From Felis catus (taxonomy: Eukaryota), in contig NC_058373.1 of assembly GCF_018350175.1 (NCBI RefSeq), positions 117,368,001 to 117,432,000 of the forward strand: 64,000 nt of DNA, given 5' to 3'. A program made the translations under genes and the position numbers. Numbering within the stretch: position 1 is the stretch's first letter; each line of letters starts with the position of its first letter. Of this stretch, positions 1-12,238 are shown in pieces. The notes under the pieces were generated by a model. It was not told the origin of the DNA. It ran no database searches and was given only the letters and a program-made list of their open reading frames with translations.

Positions 1-390
1 CATATTTTATTCTGTGAATAACCAACACAGTCTTAACTTATGTGCCCCCGTAGTGCATATCACAGGCACCTCTGAGACAGAGATACATACATTCTGGAAA
101 TCGTCCTATGTGTATTGTGTTAGAAAGTGGAATTCTTTTCTCTGAGCCTTCTTCAAGGCCATTAAAACAAGATCTTGTTCCAAATCAAATGGAGCTACTT
201 ACTGTGAGAGGATTTTGTACCTTCTTCAATAATTAAAGAAAGCGAGCAAGATTTATAGACAATGCAGTTTACATGATGCATTGAAAAATGCGTACTCCCA
301 GCAGCTGTGTTTATCACACGTTCCTTTTCTTAATATCTCCAAATTACACAGCAAAATGAAAGGGAGGGGAGAGTGGTCAGGGGCCTTTCC

Positions 391-1040
391 AATTTTATTG
401 GGATAATTTTCAAACAAATAGAAAGTCCAGAGGAATTGTACAGGGAATACCCATGTACTTGCCATATTTTACAACTAACATTTTGCTATAATTACTTTAT
501 CACTGTTAATAGACCTATGCCTCTCTCCATGTTATTTTTGATGCTTTTAAAAATAGGTTGCAGGGTCATAGGATAGTTCTATTTTTAATTTTTTGAGGAA
601 CCTCCACACTGTTTTCCAGAGTGGCCGCACCAGTTTGCATTCCCACCAACAATGCAAGAGAGGAGGGTATTATGCTAAGTGAAATAAATCAGTCAGAGAA
701 AGACAGATACCATATGTTTTCACTCATATGAGGATCTTGAGAAACTTAACAGAAGACCAGTGGGGAGGGGAAGGGGGAAAAAATTACAATCAGAGAGGGA
801 GGGAGGGAGGCAGACCATAGGAGACTCTCAGATACAGAGGACAAAGTGAGGCTTGATGGATGGGGGGAGTGGCAAGTGGGTGATGGGCATTGAGGAGGCC
901 CCTTGTTGGGATGAGCACTGGGTGTTGTATGGAAACCAATCTGACAATAAATTATATTTAAAAAAAAAGTAAGTTGCAGAAACCAATACACTTTACCAGT
1001 AAATACTTCGTGTGCATATTATCAACTAGAATTCAATACT
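391..1040 (-). mobile_element. Old L1 (L1M-type) 3' fragment, interrupted by a younger L1
   Basis: Starts ttttattgggataattttcaaacaaatagaaagtccagagg, resembling an antisense L1M 3' end; resumes after 979. Confidence 0.55.
564..968 (+). mobile_element. Carnivore L1 3' end with 5' inversion (564-661 antisense, 662-968 sense with polyA)
   Basis: Sense part has ORF2 end, 3'UTR, aataaa and A-tail; TSD aaaaataggttgcag (549-563) / aaaagtaagttgcag (965-979). Confidence 0.9.
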
Positions 1041-1058
1041 GTTTTAGAACAATAAGGG

Positions 1059-1600
1059 TTTTTTAAGATAAAATTTATAAAATTTGAAATTTAAAACTAA
1101 ATTTAATGCAATTTAAATTTCAAATTTTATAAATTTTATTTTGTACATTTATAAAATGTATTTGGTGACGTACACAAAATTAAAGTTTTCCATTCAGTGA
1201 GTTTGACAAGTGCATATACCTATATAATGGCAATTGCACATAGGTAACCACTGGTTGGGTTTTTCTCATGGGTTCGGTTAGCCTCTTCTAGAACTTCATA
1301 CACTTCTAGAATCCTGTAGTATACTGTTTGGGCTAAATAGATATAGTATATACTATTTTGCATAAGCTTTTCATTCAGCATATTGTTAAGATTCATCCTT
1401 TTGTCCCCCCAATACATCCGTAATCATTGTCTTTTTGAGTACTGACTAGCATTCCTTTGCATCGATATAGCACTATTTGTTTAGCCATTTCCCTGTTGAT
1501 GGTCCCCTAGGCTGTTTCCAGTCTTGGAGGCTATTATGAATAAAGCTGCTGTGAACATCCTTATACAAGTCATCTTGTCGGTATACACTTTTTATTTACT
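1059..1600 (-). mobile_element. Old L1 (L1MB-like) 3' fragment
   Basis: Antisense L1 motifs gtttgacaagtgcatatacc and ctattatgaataaagctgctgtgaacatcc. Confidence 0.75.
1068..1139. repeat. AT-rich perfect inverted repeat (28-bp arms, 16-nt spacer)
   Basis: ataaaatttataaaatttgaaatttaaa (1068-1095) is the exact reverse complement of 1112-1139. Confidence 0.95.
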
Positions 1601-1689
1601 TTTGAAGTCCTTGGCCTATGTAGCCTGGTGCAGGGTCTATACATAGTAGATAGTTAATTAATATTTATTTACCTGGCACAAAACCTACA

Positions 1690-1875
1690 TGATGTATTGG
1701 GTTTTGCAGCATAGCAGACATTTTCTTCCTCATCTGTCCTCATCTGATCTTCACAACTACCTGCTAAAGAGACAAAGGAGATCCACAAAAGGAAGCTGAG
1801 AAGTTAAGTCACTTGCCAACTGTCATAGTAACTTAGAACCAAGATTTTCTGACTCCTAATACAGTGCTCTTTTGA
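1690..1875 (-). mobile_element. MIR SINE fragment
   Basis: aagttaagtcacttgcc...ttctgactcc matches the antisense MIR core. Confidence 0.6.
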
Positions 1876-2999
1876 CTACTATCACAGTACCAAACTGAAG
1901 GTATTCCTTCTTCACATCCTACCCTTCCTTCTCTGAAGCATTTGTCCCACACCATGGTTATGGCCTTTCATAGTTTCTGGTTTATACTCTGGCAAAGCAG
2001 AAAACTAATGGCTATTACAATTTAAGCTCCTGGTCACCAGAATTTATGGAGTGTTTTTCTCTTCTACATTATCTTGTTTACCCACTGCTAGGCCTTCACT
2101 GTGTGAGGGGGATTGAGGGAGGTGCTGGGGAGCGAGGATGTTGAGAAGTGGCCTAGAGCTACCAATCTGGTAGCTCTTGTTGGGGGCTGTCAGTTACCTC
2201 CAATGAGAGAAGTCAGCCACGAGCACCCAAAGCCCCTCTCTACTATCTCTCTACCAGCGGGTCTGGAACAATGAAAAGCAGCCTCAGACCTGATTCTACA
2301 GGGCACACAAACACTTCTTAGCAAGCAGATTCAGAAGCACTCAAGCAACCCGTTCTGCAATCTCAAGGATTCTTCCCTCTGTCCTTTCAGACACCCCAGT
2401 GAGCACCTCTCTTGGGGAAACAGTCAGATAGCTTCCTATTCAGGACAGAGGACCAGATGAAGTTCTAGTCTGCCCTCCTCTGAAAGCGTGAGGTCATTAG
2501 GCTAGCCAGGCTTGACACCCGAATCGTGCAAACCTTGAAGTTTCTAGCCAATTCACACATCATTCATATTCCTCCTTTCACCATTGGAAACTGATTTCCA
2601 ATGTCCCTTTATGCCAACCAATGAACTTGCCGGTGCAGATTCAGAGAGGAGTGTTTGAAGCTATTGTGCTCCACCTCAGGGAGCATGAACCCCGATGGAA
2701 ATCTTCCAGAGACTTGCCAACACCACTGTCTACATATTTCTACTTAGGATACTTGACATATTAACTAATAATGCTTCAGGGATGGCTTAAACATGACTCC
2801 ACCACCCACACATAAGGCTCAATATTGACGTTAAAGTATTTCAACGCAAAATACAGATCATGCCGGGGAGATGTAAGAGTCCATACATCCTCCCCCCACC
2901 ACCCCCCGCCCCCATCTTCCCAGTCCTCCAATCCCACTGGAATGTCCATGTAATACTGGCATTTCTGCAGGATCTTGATTTTTTTTTTTCCATCTGAGG

Positions 3000-3372
3000 T
3001 TTTAAAAAAATAAAATTCAATTGTGTATCTTTGAAAAATCTGCTTGGCTTTATTCAATGTTTCATGAATTGGGCAGCATCCTGTCTAGCCGATAGAGAGG
3101 AGCTATACAAAATGGAAGACTTTTATAGGCACAAGGCAGCAGGACAGGAAGCTATCAGCAAAAAGTGGATTGCTTCAGGCAAGGGGAAGACAGGGGTGTC
3201 TACCAGGAAAATAGCCTCACTAGCGCTGACCAGGTAATTCCAGACTGACTGGTTAAGATTACATCCCTGGGAGAAGCTGGAACTGCAATTAGGTTAGGGA
3301 GTAAGTCCCGGTTTAGTAACATGGGCTTAGCACGGGTGACTCCATTTTGGGCGTCTTGTCTCTTTTTTAACA
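3000..3372 (-). mobile_element. ERV1-class solo LTR (carnivore type)
   Basis: Ends ...tttttaaca (TGTTAAAAA on minus strand); antisense AATAAA near 3050; 4-bp TSD gagg at 2996-2999 and 3373-3376. Confidence 0.75.
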
Positions 3373-4308
3373 GAGGGAATCCTTCATACTGGTATGAGTT
3401 TCTGCCTCTAGACTTAATGTGATTTAGAGCTTCAGCCCCAATGCTATCTCGCTCATCCCCTCCCACCCTCATTGACAGCAAACCAGTGTGAGTTAAGGAT
3501 TTACTGAAATTCATTCCTGGGGGATTTTTAAATGCAAGTCTAATGTTGAAAGGCAGCTCTGATTAGGGCTCTTGGCTACCAGAAGTCTTTCATTTGGAGA
3601 GAGAGCTGGTTGACTCTGGGGCAAACAGCACAGAAGCTGAGCAGCAATATAATGCTTTCAAGTGACTCTTCAGGCTATGAAAGTATCACTCGCTTGGTAA
3701 CTATTGCTGTTAATTAAGTTTACAGCCTCATTATTAGTTCCTGGCTCTGCTATTGTTATTAATTATGTCAGTATCAATTTGTAGTGGAAGGCAGTTCCCC
3801 AGGGGATTCTTTTAAAGTCGTATGTTAAAATTAGAAATAAATGTGTAAGTGTCCTTATCAATAGATATTAAGAGTTTGGGGATTTTATTTTGAGCACTTT
3901 CTAAATTTGAGAGCTTGTGTGACGGTTTGAGCGTTATGTTATGAATGTTATCTTTGTTGTTGGTAGCAGAAGTTTCTACAACATTTAAGTATTAGGTTTA
4001 AGTATTGGCTATTAAGTTTAGTAGTTCGGTGTTCACCCATTCCGTGATACCTTGTAGCTAATTCCAACAATTAAAATTATGCCTTTACAAGGGAAGGCAT
4101 GATAGTAGATATGTAATAGTAAATTGTAAATAGTAGACCTTTACAAGAGGTCTAGCATGGGATTTTGTATACTGAACTCAAATCAGGCTGGACAAATACA
4201 AATGGAAACAAGTCTGTGTGTATGTTGACAAGGACCACTCTCCTCCCTTTAGTCAACAGTACTGTATGCTTTATTGACTTGTTTATTTTTTTAAGTGTTT
4301 ACTTATTT

Positions 4309-4839
4309 AAAAAAATTTTTTTTAATTTACATCCAAGTTAGTTAGCATATAGTGCAACAATGATTTCAGGAGTAGATTCCTTAATGCCCCTTACCCATTT
4401 AGCCCATTCCCCCCTCCCACACCCCCTCCATTAACCCTCTGTTTGTTCTCATGTTTATGAGTCTCTTATGTTTTGTCCCCCTCCCTGTTTCTATATTATT
4501 TTTGTTTCCCTTCCCTTATGGTCATCTGTTTTGTCTCTTAAAGTCCTCATATGAGTGAAGGCATATGATAATTGTCTTTCTCTGTCTGAGTAATTTCACA
4601 TAACATAATACCCTCCAGTTCCATCCATGTATTTGCAAATGGCAATATTTCATTCTTTTTGATTGCCGAGTAATACTCCATTGTGTGTGTGTGTGTGTGT
4701 GTATGTGTGTATATATATATATATACACACACATATATATATGTATATATATGTTTATATATGTATTATATATGTATTATATGTATATATACATGTGTAT
4801 ATATGTGTATATACATGTATATATATGTGTGTATATATA

Positions 4840-4870
<31 letters not shown>

Positions 4871-5079
4871 TTTCTTTATCCATTCATCCATCGATGGACA
4901 TTTGGGCTCTTTCCATACTTGGGCTATTGTTGATAGTGCTGCTATAAACATTGGGGTGCATGTGTCCCTTCGAAACAACATACCTGTATCCTGTGAATAA
5001 ATGCCTAGTAGTGCAATTGCTCGGTCGTAGTGTAGTTCTATTTTTAATTTTTTGAGGTACCTACATACTGTTTTCCAGA
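4309..5079 (-). mobile_element. 5'-truncated carnivore L1 (ORF2 C-terminus plus 3'UTR)
   Basis: Translates to DTCTPMFIAALSTIAQVWKEPKCPSMDEWIKK and MEYYSAIKKNEILPFANTWMELEGIML; TSD gtttacttattt at 4297-4308 and 5080-5091. Confidence 0.95.
4682..4870. repeat. Compound (TG)n/(TA)n microsatellite inside L1 ORF2
   Basis: Directly visible. Confidence 0.95.
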
Positions 5080-5624
5080 GTTTACTTATTTTTAAGTGAG
5101 AGAGAAAGAGAGAGCAGGGGAGGGTCAGAGAGAGAGGGACAGAGGATCCAAAGCAGGCTCTGTGCTGACAGCAGAGAGCCCAGTGTGGGGCTCAAACTGA
5201 CTAATCGTGAGATCATGATCTCAGCCGGTTGGACGTTTAACCAACTGAAACGCCCCTTTATTGTTTTATTTTTGAAAGCTTTAAACCCTTCCCTGTCCTT
5301 TGGTCCAACTCTCCAGACAGTGTTTGCCCAACTGGGCCCCTATGTAATCATAGAACAAATTGGTTATTTTACCTATAGCTTGGTTTTTGTTTTTTGCTCT
5401 ATCAAGAAAAAAAAAACACCCACGGTTCTCCAGGTTGGAGAAAACAGCTATTAGCATTTTGATATATTTTCTTCTAGATACCTTTCTAAGCATATATGTC
5501 AAACATAATTTAGATCACACAGTTTTATAACTTTATACCCCCCTTTTTATTTAAGTATTTATTATTATACATTATATTGTTTGTAATTTTTTTCTTATGA
5601 AAATATATATTGTACTGAGCAGCC

Positions 5625-5630
5625 TTTATT

Positions 5631-5677
<47 letters not shown>

Positions 5678-5691
5678 TTTTAATGTTTATC

Positions 5692-5733
<42 letters not shown>

Positions 5734-5894
5734 CATGAGTGGGGGAGGGCGAAGAGAGAGGGAGACACAGAATCCAAAGCAGGCTCCAGGCTCCAAGCTG
5801 TCAGCACAGAGCTGGATGCAGGGCTCAAACCCATGAGCCATGAGATCATGAGCCAAAGTTGGATGCTTAACTGACTGAGCCACCCAGGTGCCCC
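5625..5894 (-). mobile_element. Can-SINE with (TTTA)n tail, inserted at the tail of the neighbouring SINE
   Basis: Head cacccaggtgcccc; flanks agcctttatt / agccctttatt. Confidence 0.95.
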
Positions 5895-5899
5895 AGCCC

Positions 5900-6116
5900 T
5901 TTATTTTTGTTAATGTTTATTTTATTTATTTTTGAGAGAGAGAGAGAAAGCATGTTAGGGGGGAGAGGCAGAAAGAGAGGGTGACAGAGAATCCCAAACA
6001 GGGGCCATGCTGTCAGCACACAGCCTGATGTGGGGCTTGAACCACAGACTGTTAGTTCAGGGCCTGAGCTGAAATCGAGAGTCTGACACTTAACTGACTG
6101 AGCCACCCAAGCACCC
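5900..6116 (-). mobile_element. Can-SINE
   Basis: Head gccacccaagcaccc; outer TSD tgagcagcc(c)ttta from 5616 and 6117. Confidence 0.95.
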
Positions 6117-6448
6117 TGAGCAGCCCTTTAAATAGATATTTGAGAGCAACTCCAATTATCTCCTTAGATGCCTAGAAAGGAATTTTTTTTCCTAAAGATG
6201 TGAACATTAATGATACATATTTAAAAATTCCAAGAACTGTACCAATTCCGAATCCGCTGGAAGCATTTCAGAGTGCCTGGCTCACTGTACCATATATCTA
6301 ATAATAACATTCACTTTCTAACTTAATAATTTTTAATTTAGAAACTTGATGAAGGAAATATGCTGGAATATCAAATAATGACCTATTTTCAAAGCTTCAT
6401 TTTGCTTTTGTTGGGAAAAAAATCTTTTCATTTTCAAATTGGATCCAA

Positions 6449-6860
6449 TGGTTGACATGCTGCAAATTAACAATACCCAGATTGGCAAGAGAAAATACAA
6501 AGGTTATTTATACAAGCGTATGAGAGCCACTCAGTAATTAGTTACTGTAGCCAGAGGTAAAGGTTTATATATCAACTTAACAAAGGGCAGGGGAGTGGGG
6601 CTGGGGGGTGTTAGGGTTTCAGTGGGAAAATATGGAAGATTCTATTGGCATTTCGATGCAGTGAGCAGTCAGTCTCCATGGGAGTCGAATTTGCAGGAAA
6701 CCTTGGAAGGAGGTTAATGGCAGTTGTATGTTTGAGGGGCTCTGCTTTAGTCAGATAAAGGAAGTTCAGATAAGATTTCCTTCTGTGTCTTCTGTAGCTG
6801 GAAAGTTTTCACTTAAAAATAATCTTATACCAACACTGGGGGTCTGAGTAAGTCCCTACA
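6449..6860 (-). mobile_element. ERV1 solo LTR, MER34-like
   Basis: Minus strand begins TGTAGGGAC...ggtataagattatttttaagtg, similar to recalled MER34-family LTR starts; left boundary uncertain. Confidence 0.6.
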
Positions 6861-7033
6861 CTCGATTTTTTTAATATCATAAATAGATGTGCTGAACGAG
6901 AAATAGATTTCCTATCATGAATTATCCTGAGGATTAGTAGTAATGGTGTTTCCTTCCATTTTTAACTGGTAAAAATGGCCAGTGAGGAATGATGCAGAAT
7001 AAAAGGGGAAACAAAAGAAAAGTTCCAAAGATC

Positions 7034-7226
7034 TTTTTTTTTTTTTTTAAAGTTTCTTTTGAAACTGGGAGAGAGCACGAGAACGGGAGGGGCAGAGAGA
7101 GAGGGAGAGAAAGAATGCCTAGCAAGCTCAGCGCTGACAGCGTGGCTCTATCTCATGAACGGTGAGATCATGACCTGAGCTGAAATCAAGAGTTGGAGGC
7201 TTAACTGACTGAGCCACTTAGGCACC
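7034..7226 (-). mobile_element. Can-SINE
   Basis: polyT tail, gagatcatgacctgagctgaaatcaagag, head gagccacttaggcacc. Confidence 0.9.
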
Positions 7227-8529
7227 ACCCCCCACCGACCCCCTGCAAGGATACTTTTTTTTCATAGATATGAAGATATTTGCTTGGATACGGAAATTGA
7301 CTCTAATGTGTTGGGGGAGGGGGGAAAGATAGTAGCTGTGGCTTACAAAGAGCTTTTAACATACTCCTTGATACGGTATTACTTGGAGTTCATTTATTTT
7401 AGGTTATAGTCATGAGATATGTTTAAAACTTCTGAGTTACACTCTTTGAGATAGTCACAAATGCCAGAGACGGGAAATTTAGATCAATTTCTTCTTGTTT
7501 TGCTATCCTCCTAGGAAACAGTTTGTTCTACAGATATTATTCAGGCAAATCTCAGTTCCCTGAATCTTGACTTTTGCAGCCACCCTTGATTTGCACATCC
7601 ACTAGCAGCTTTGTGGATAATGCAGTGTCAGAGACTTAATTGAAAGGCATGACAAGTAAGAAAATGGGTTACATACCTCAACACCAAGCCTCATTATCCA
7701 TGACAATGAGATTCATTTTGGGCTTTCCATTGCATACTTGTCACTTATATTCATTGCCTTCCAATTCTTCCCAGATCCTTTGGCAAATCCTTCCTGCGGA
7801 AATCACCTGAGTGAGTTGGAGAACAGTTAAACCCCTTCCCCTTCCTTTAGATTTAATATCAAAGTTAAATGTGCTGTTTGCAGTGAACCACCTTGCTTCC
7901 TTTTATTTTATTTGGGGAGGGGGGCGTTTCAACATTTCCTTTAGGAAATGTACGGTTTTTTCCCTCTACTTTCATAACCCTGGCATCTGGTGTGACTGAT
8001 TCAGCTCTTCAGTCTGGGACAAAGCGACTTTTAAGTTTCCAGAGCTATGAGGAAGCTATAAAGGGAATGCAATTCGCTCTGTTAGAGAAATAACAGCCTT
8101 GGAGCTCAGGGACCAGAAATGTTGCTCTCCAAAGGTTTGTTAGAGCTTTACTTTGAATCTTATTCCTCAATATTTTTGTTGGCCTGAATCAGTGACTCTA
8201 ATTATATATAGAAGATAGAAATAGCAGATATATTTAGCAAGTTGGAAAAATCCCTGTAGTCTACCCTGGGAGCAGCTCCACACACGGAGCCAACCTGAGA
8301 CTCCAAAGACCCTGCGTGGTCTCTAAGAGACACGAATGACTTCATCGCGGTAGCGCAGGGAGCACAACAGAGCTAGAAACACCGAGCAGGGAAGGTCATC
8401 CATCAGTAGGACCTCCGGGAGAATTCCCAGTCCCCACTCCGTGCTTTTGTTTATGACTTGTCTAAATTTTTGTTTTTAATTTTGGAGATTTTCTGCTTCA
8501 GACTTTCATTACTTTCCTCAAGTATCAAG

Positions 8530-8760
8530 CCTACCTACCTCTGTCTAAGCGAACAACCCGCACTTCCTACTTCACCGAGAAAACGGCTACCAGGGGGATA
8601 ATAGCTCCCACTGCTTTATGATCCTGTCCATTCCCTAGCCTGTGCCTCCACCTATCCCTGTCTCTCAAGGAGAAGCGGACTGGCTGTACATGATCTCATA
8701 GTGTCATCCCTTGGAGCTCCACGGGGAAGTTGCTCCAGGAACAGTCAGACTCCCTCCACC
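8530..8760 (+). mobile_element. L2 internal fragment
   Basis: cttcctacttcaccgagaaaa motif typical of L2. Confidence 0.45.
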
Positions 8761-8808
8761 AGCTGCTGGCTCCCTCCTTCACACCAGGAAACCAATTAGA
8801 GTCACAGA

Positions 8809-9300
8809 GTAACTGAAGGGGGAAAAAAGATGTCTCACCTGGGCCCAAGGGTGCCTGGCTCCAAGGCCCCGAATACACCGGGTCTGGTTCAGCAGCCGTT
8901 GACAAAGTCCAAAAGAAGAGGGATGAGTAGAGGTGAAACAAGAAAGGAATTTATTTCAGTGGGTCCAACACCAGGAAGGCAGCAGACTAGCATCTCAAAG
9001 GTTGTGCCAAAGTGCCGAAAATACTTCCAGGTTTATGTAAGGAAAGTGTGGGACGAAGGGTGACGGGTACGTGCAGACGGGCAGCAAAGGTCGGGTCATC
9101 GTTGTCTCAGAGTCAGTTATACCAGGTCTCGGTGGCTCAGGGCAGCCCTTATTGCTGGAGACAGTAGTTCTGATTCCCATCCCAGGATGCCTTGCACCGG
9201 GTCTTTTGCCAGAGTTAAGGAGACAAGCCGGAAGGAAGAAGTTAATCAGTATGAAAGTACAGAGTGAGGTCAAAATGGAGGTAGATGAAGTCCTCTTTCA
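8809..9300 (-). mobile_element. Solo LTR (carnivore ERV)
   Basis: Minus strand begins TGAAAGAGGACTT...ctccattttgacc; antisense AATAAA (tttatt near 8950); left end uncertain. Confidence 0.65.
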
Positions 9301-9632
9301 GATGGAGGGAGAGCTAGTATGGGGCCTAAAGCAAGCTCCCACCATCCCTGCACCCCACACTCATAATCCCCCTGCCATGTCCAAGGTGAACCAAGGTGAG
9401 GCCATGAGTGCCATCAGCCCCAGGGGCAGGCTGTAACGGGTAAGTTGCCTGTGGAAAATGCTAAAGCAATAATAAAACTGACTAAAAGTTGATCTGCTTT
9501 TTAGTATTACTAGGTTGTGGCAATTCTAAAGTATGTCAGTGACACAGTACTCCTCTCCAGAAAATTCTTTTGTTGGTCTGAGTTCTAGACAACTGGTACA
9601 ATGATTGTTTAGTATTAATAATAATAATAAAG

Positions 9633-9935
9633 TATCACTGTATGTTAACTAACTGGGATTTTTAAAAATTTTTTTTCAATTCTTAATGTTTATTTATTTT
9701 TGAGACAGAGAGAGACAGAGCATGAACGGGGGGAGGGTCAGAGAGAGAGGAAGACACAGAATCTGAAACAGGCTCCAGGCTCTGAGCTGTCAGCACGGAG
9801 CCTGACGTGGGGCTCGAACTCACGGACCGCAAGATCATGACCTGAGCCGAAGTCGGACACCCAACCGACTGAGCCACCCAGGCACCCCAACTAAATGAGA
9901 TTTAAATGAAAACTTAAAAAAAAGAAAAAGAAATA
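9633..9935 (+). mobile_element. Very short carnivore L1 3' stub split by a SINE
   Basis: cactgtatgttaactaactgg...atttaaatgaaaacttaaaaaaaa is the L1 terminal 3'UTR plus A-tail. Confidence 0.7.
9662..9888 (-). mobile_element. Can-SINE (felid type)
   Basis: Full body; TSD aactaactgggattt (9647-9661) / aactaaatgagattt (9889-9903). Confidence 0.95.
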
Positions 9936-10067
9936 AATAATAAACTGGCACCTTTATGACTTGCCCTTTAAGAAATACTGTATTCTCTTTGGAAGTTAAT
10001 TTAGAGAACTCTCAGATATACATGTTGACTTCCTACACACGTGGACTCAGTTACACACAATCAACTG

Positions 10068-10464
10068 TGTGATGGTGAATTTCAGGAGTCAACTTGACTG
10101 GCCATGGGGTGCCCCGTTTAAACACTATTTCTGGGTTTGTGTGTGTGTCCAGATGACATTAGCATTTGAATTGGTAAACTCAGTAAAGCAGTTTGCCCTT
10201 CCAAAATGTGGGTGGGCATCATCCAATCCAGTGAGGGCCTGCATAGAACAAAAGTCAGAGGAAGAAGGAATTCACCCTTGTTTTCTGCCTTGCGGAGCGA
10301 CCTGGGACATCTCATTTCATCCCCTGCCTTCAGACTGGGGTTTACATCCTTGGCTCCCCTGTTTCTCAGGCTTTCAGACTTGGAATGGATTAATATTTCT
10401 GGTTTTTCTGGGCCTCCAGCTTGTAGATGGACTTCTTAGCCTCTGTAATTTCATTATCTATCTG

Positions 10465-10502
<38 letters not shown>

Positions 10503-10604
10503 ATCTATATGTCCGTCCATCCATCCATCCATCCATCCATACATACATACATATATCATGTCTCCCAGTTGGCTCTGTTTCTCCGGAGAACCCTGACTAA
10601 TACA
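10068..10604 (+). mobile_element. MLT2 (ERVL) solo LTR
   Basis: TGTGATGG...gtcaacttgactgg start; ggagaaccctgactaataCA end. Confidence 0.9.
10456..10555. repeat. Compound (TATC)n(TCCA)n(TACA)n microsatellite
   Basis: Directly visible inside the MLT2 LTR. Confidence 0.95.
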
Positions 10605-11746
10605 AAGTATAAGTTCATAAGGACTGGAATTATTTGAGGTTGTTTCCAGCACAGTTTGTGTCTCTAGGCTCTGAGATATTACATATTCCTGTGTTTAAAA
10701 GTAGATTCAAAATAAACAATGGCAACACAAGAATTGTAAGGATAAAAAAGCAAGGCTTGCTTAACTGCAGTTCTATGTATAAATCTTTCTCTGAACCTTG
10801 TGGAGTTTACTCCTTTGAAAGTGTTTCTTTTATGTGCCTTTAAAAAAATACTTTCTTATAATTAAAAATTACTAATCCATTACTTTTCCCCTTTTTTATA
10901 TTATAGTAATTAATAACCGGCCTAATTCTATATACACAAAATTTAATAAAAGATCATTTTTTTATGTTTTCATTTGTTTTCTGGCCTTTGTTATTATTTG
11001 TTTTATTTTGAGATCATTTCTGAAGCTACTTTTGTAGTGTAGAGGACGGAGGTCTTTAATGACCCACTCTGTGATCACTCTGTGATCCCTACTGTCCCAT
11101 GTTCTCCCCACTCTTTCCTTCCGCATTCCCGTGCTTCTGTAAACACCTAGAAGAACTGTACTTCTGTGAAGACTTGCCCTGATTAGTCCACCTCCTTGCT
11201 TCCTTCTCTGAATTTCTCTAACACATTATAGCATCCCACAAGATGTAGCACGTAGCTGTATGCCCGCTTAGATTTTTTTCTAGTACGTTCTTTCCTGAAA
11301 TGGAATCTGAGCTGCCTGAAAGCCTGGGTTATGCCTCAAGTCGACTCTTCTGCGTCCCCCAAGCACAGTGACTAGAAGTATCTGATTGACAGAGATAGGT
11401 GCTCCATAGCACCAACGTATCCTTCCAGAGCAACTCCTCTACCCTCGAGAACGCCATTGTAAGAGCTCTCACAACTTTATGTGATCACTGTCTGTCATCT
11501 TTTTCTGAAACTTTGATTTGGATGGCCAAATGCAGCTGCTTCCCTTCAAGGCAACAGAGCTTGCTGCAGACATTCATCCTAAAGGCACGTGCAGGGAGAG
11601 AAGGGGAATCAATAGCGAGAGTTAATTTCTGGCTTTATCCCCCCCCAAAGAGGTACTTTTATAGCACTGAAGAGGCAAAGATGAATTGAAAAGATGCCTG
11701 CAGACTCTCAGCTAGGTCATCTTTATTTGCATCCCCTATTTTCGAC

Positions 11747-12238
11747 CAGCAGTTTTCAAAGTATGATCCAGGGATCTCCAGGAGTCCCAGAGATCTTTTC
11801 AGGGCTTCCACGAGGTCAAATGATTTCCATAACATCACCTGGACATCATTTGCCTCTTTCATTTCCCTCTCACACGTGCATTCTGGAGTTTTCCAGATGC
11901 CACATGACGAGTGATAGCTCACTAGATTCAGTGTGGAAGCACATATGAAAAGCCAATTGTGGTGCATTAAGGTAGGAAGTAAAGAGATTTGCAAAGAACG
12001 TAAAACAGTGCCACCCTTTTCACTAAACTTTTGGGGGAAAACGGTTCTTATTCATGAAAGTATTCTATTTGTTAACATGCAATGGTTTGTTGTTAACTTT
12101 TAATAAATGAATAAATATACTTTTAATTCCTTGGTTTTAATTTTCAATCTAGCAAGTAACACTGGATATAACCCACACAAACAAAAGCTCTTTGGGGTCC
12201 TCAATAAGTCTGAGGACCAAAAAGTTTGAGAATCGATG
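11747..12238. mobile_element. Charlie4a-like hAT MITE
   Basis: TIR-like ends cagcagttttcaaa / tttgagaatcgatg; internal ggatataacccacacaaacaaaagctctttggggtcctcaataa. Confidence 0.8.

Larger units (their letters stand above)
4283..5256 (-). mobile_element. Can-SINE split by an L1 inserted into its tail
   Basis: Tail at 4283-4308; body 5092-5256 with (GA)n region and tRNA-like head ending cgcccc. Confidence 0.85.
9372..11094. mobile_element. Arthur1-like hAT-Tip100 DNA transposon, interrupted by an L1 stub, a SINE and an MLT2 LTR
   Basis: aataataaaactgactaaaagttgatctgcttttt, ttcttttgttggtctgagttcta and ggaagttaatttagagaactc match recalled Arthur1 consensus, which continues across each insertion. 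Confidence 0.75.

Noticed and set aside
2155..2177. Perfect hairpin agagctacca-atc-tggtagctct
   Set aside because: A 10-bp stem with a short loop is roughly what chance gives in 64 kb; no supporting context.
10069..10596. Longest ORF in the window (175 aa)
   Set aside because: It coincides with an MLT2 LTR and a tetranucleotide repeat; a chance open frame.
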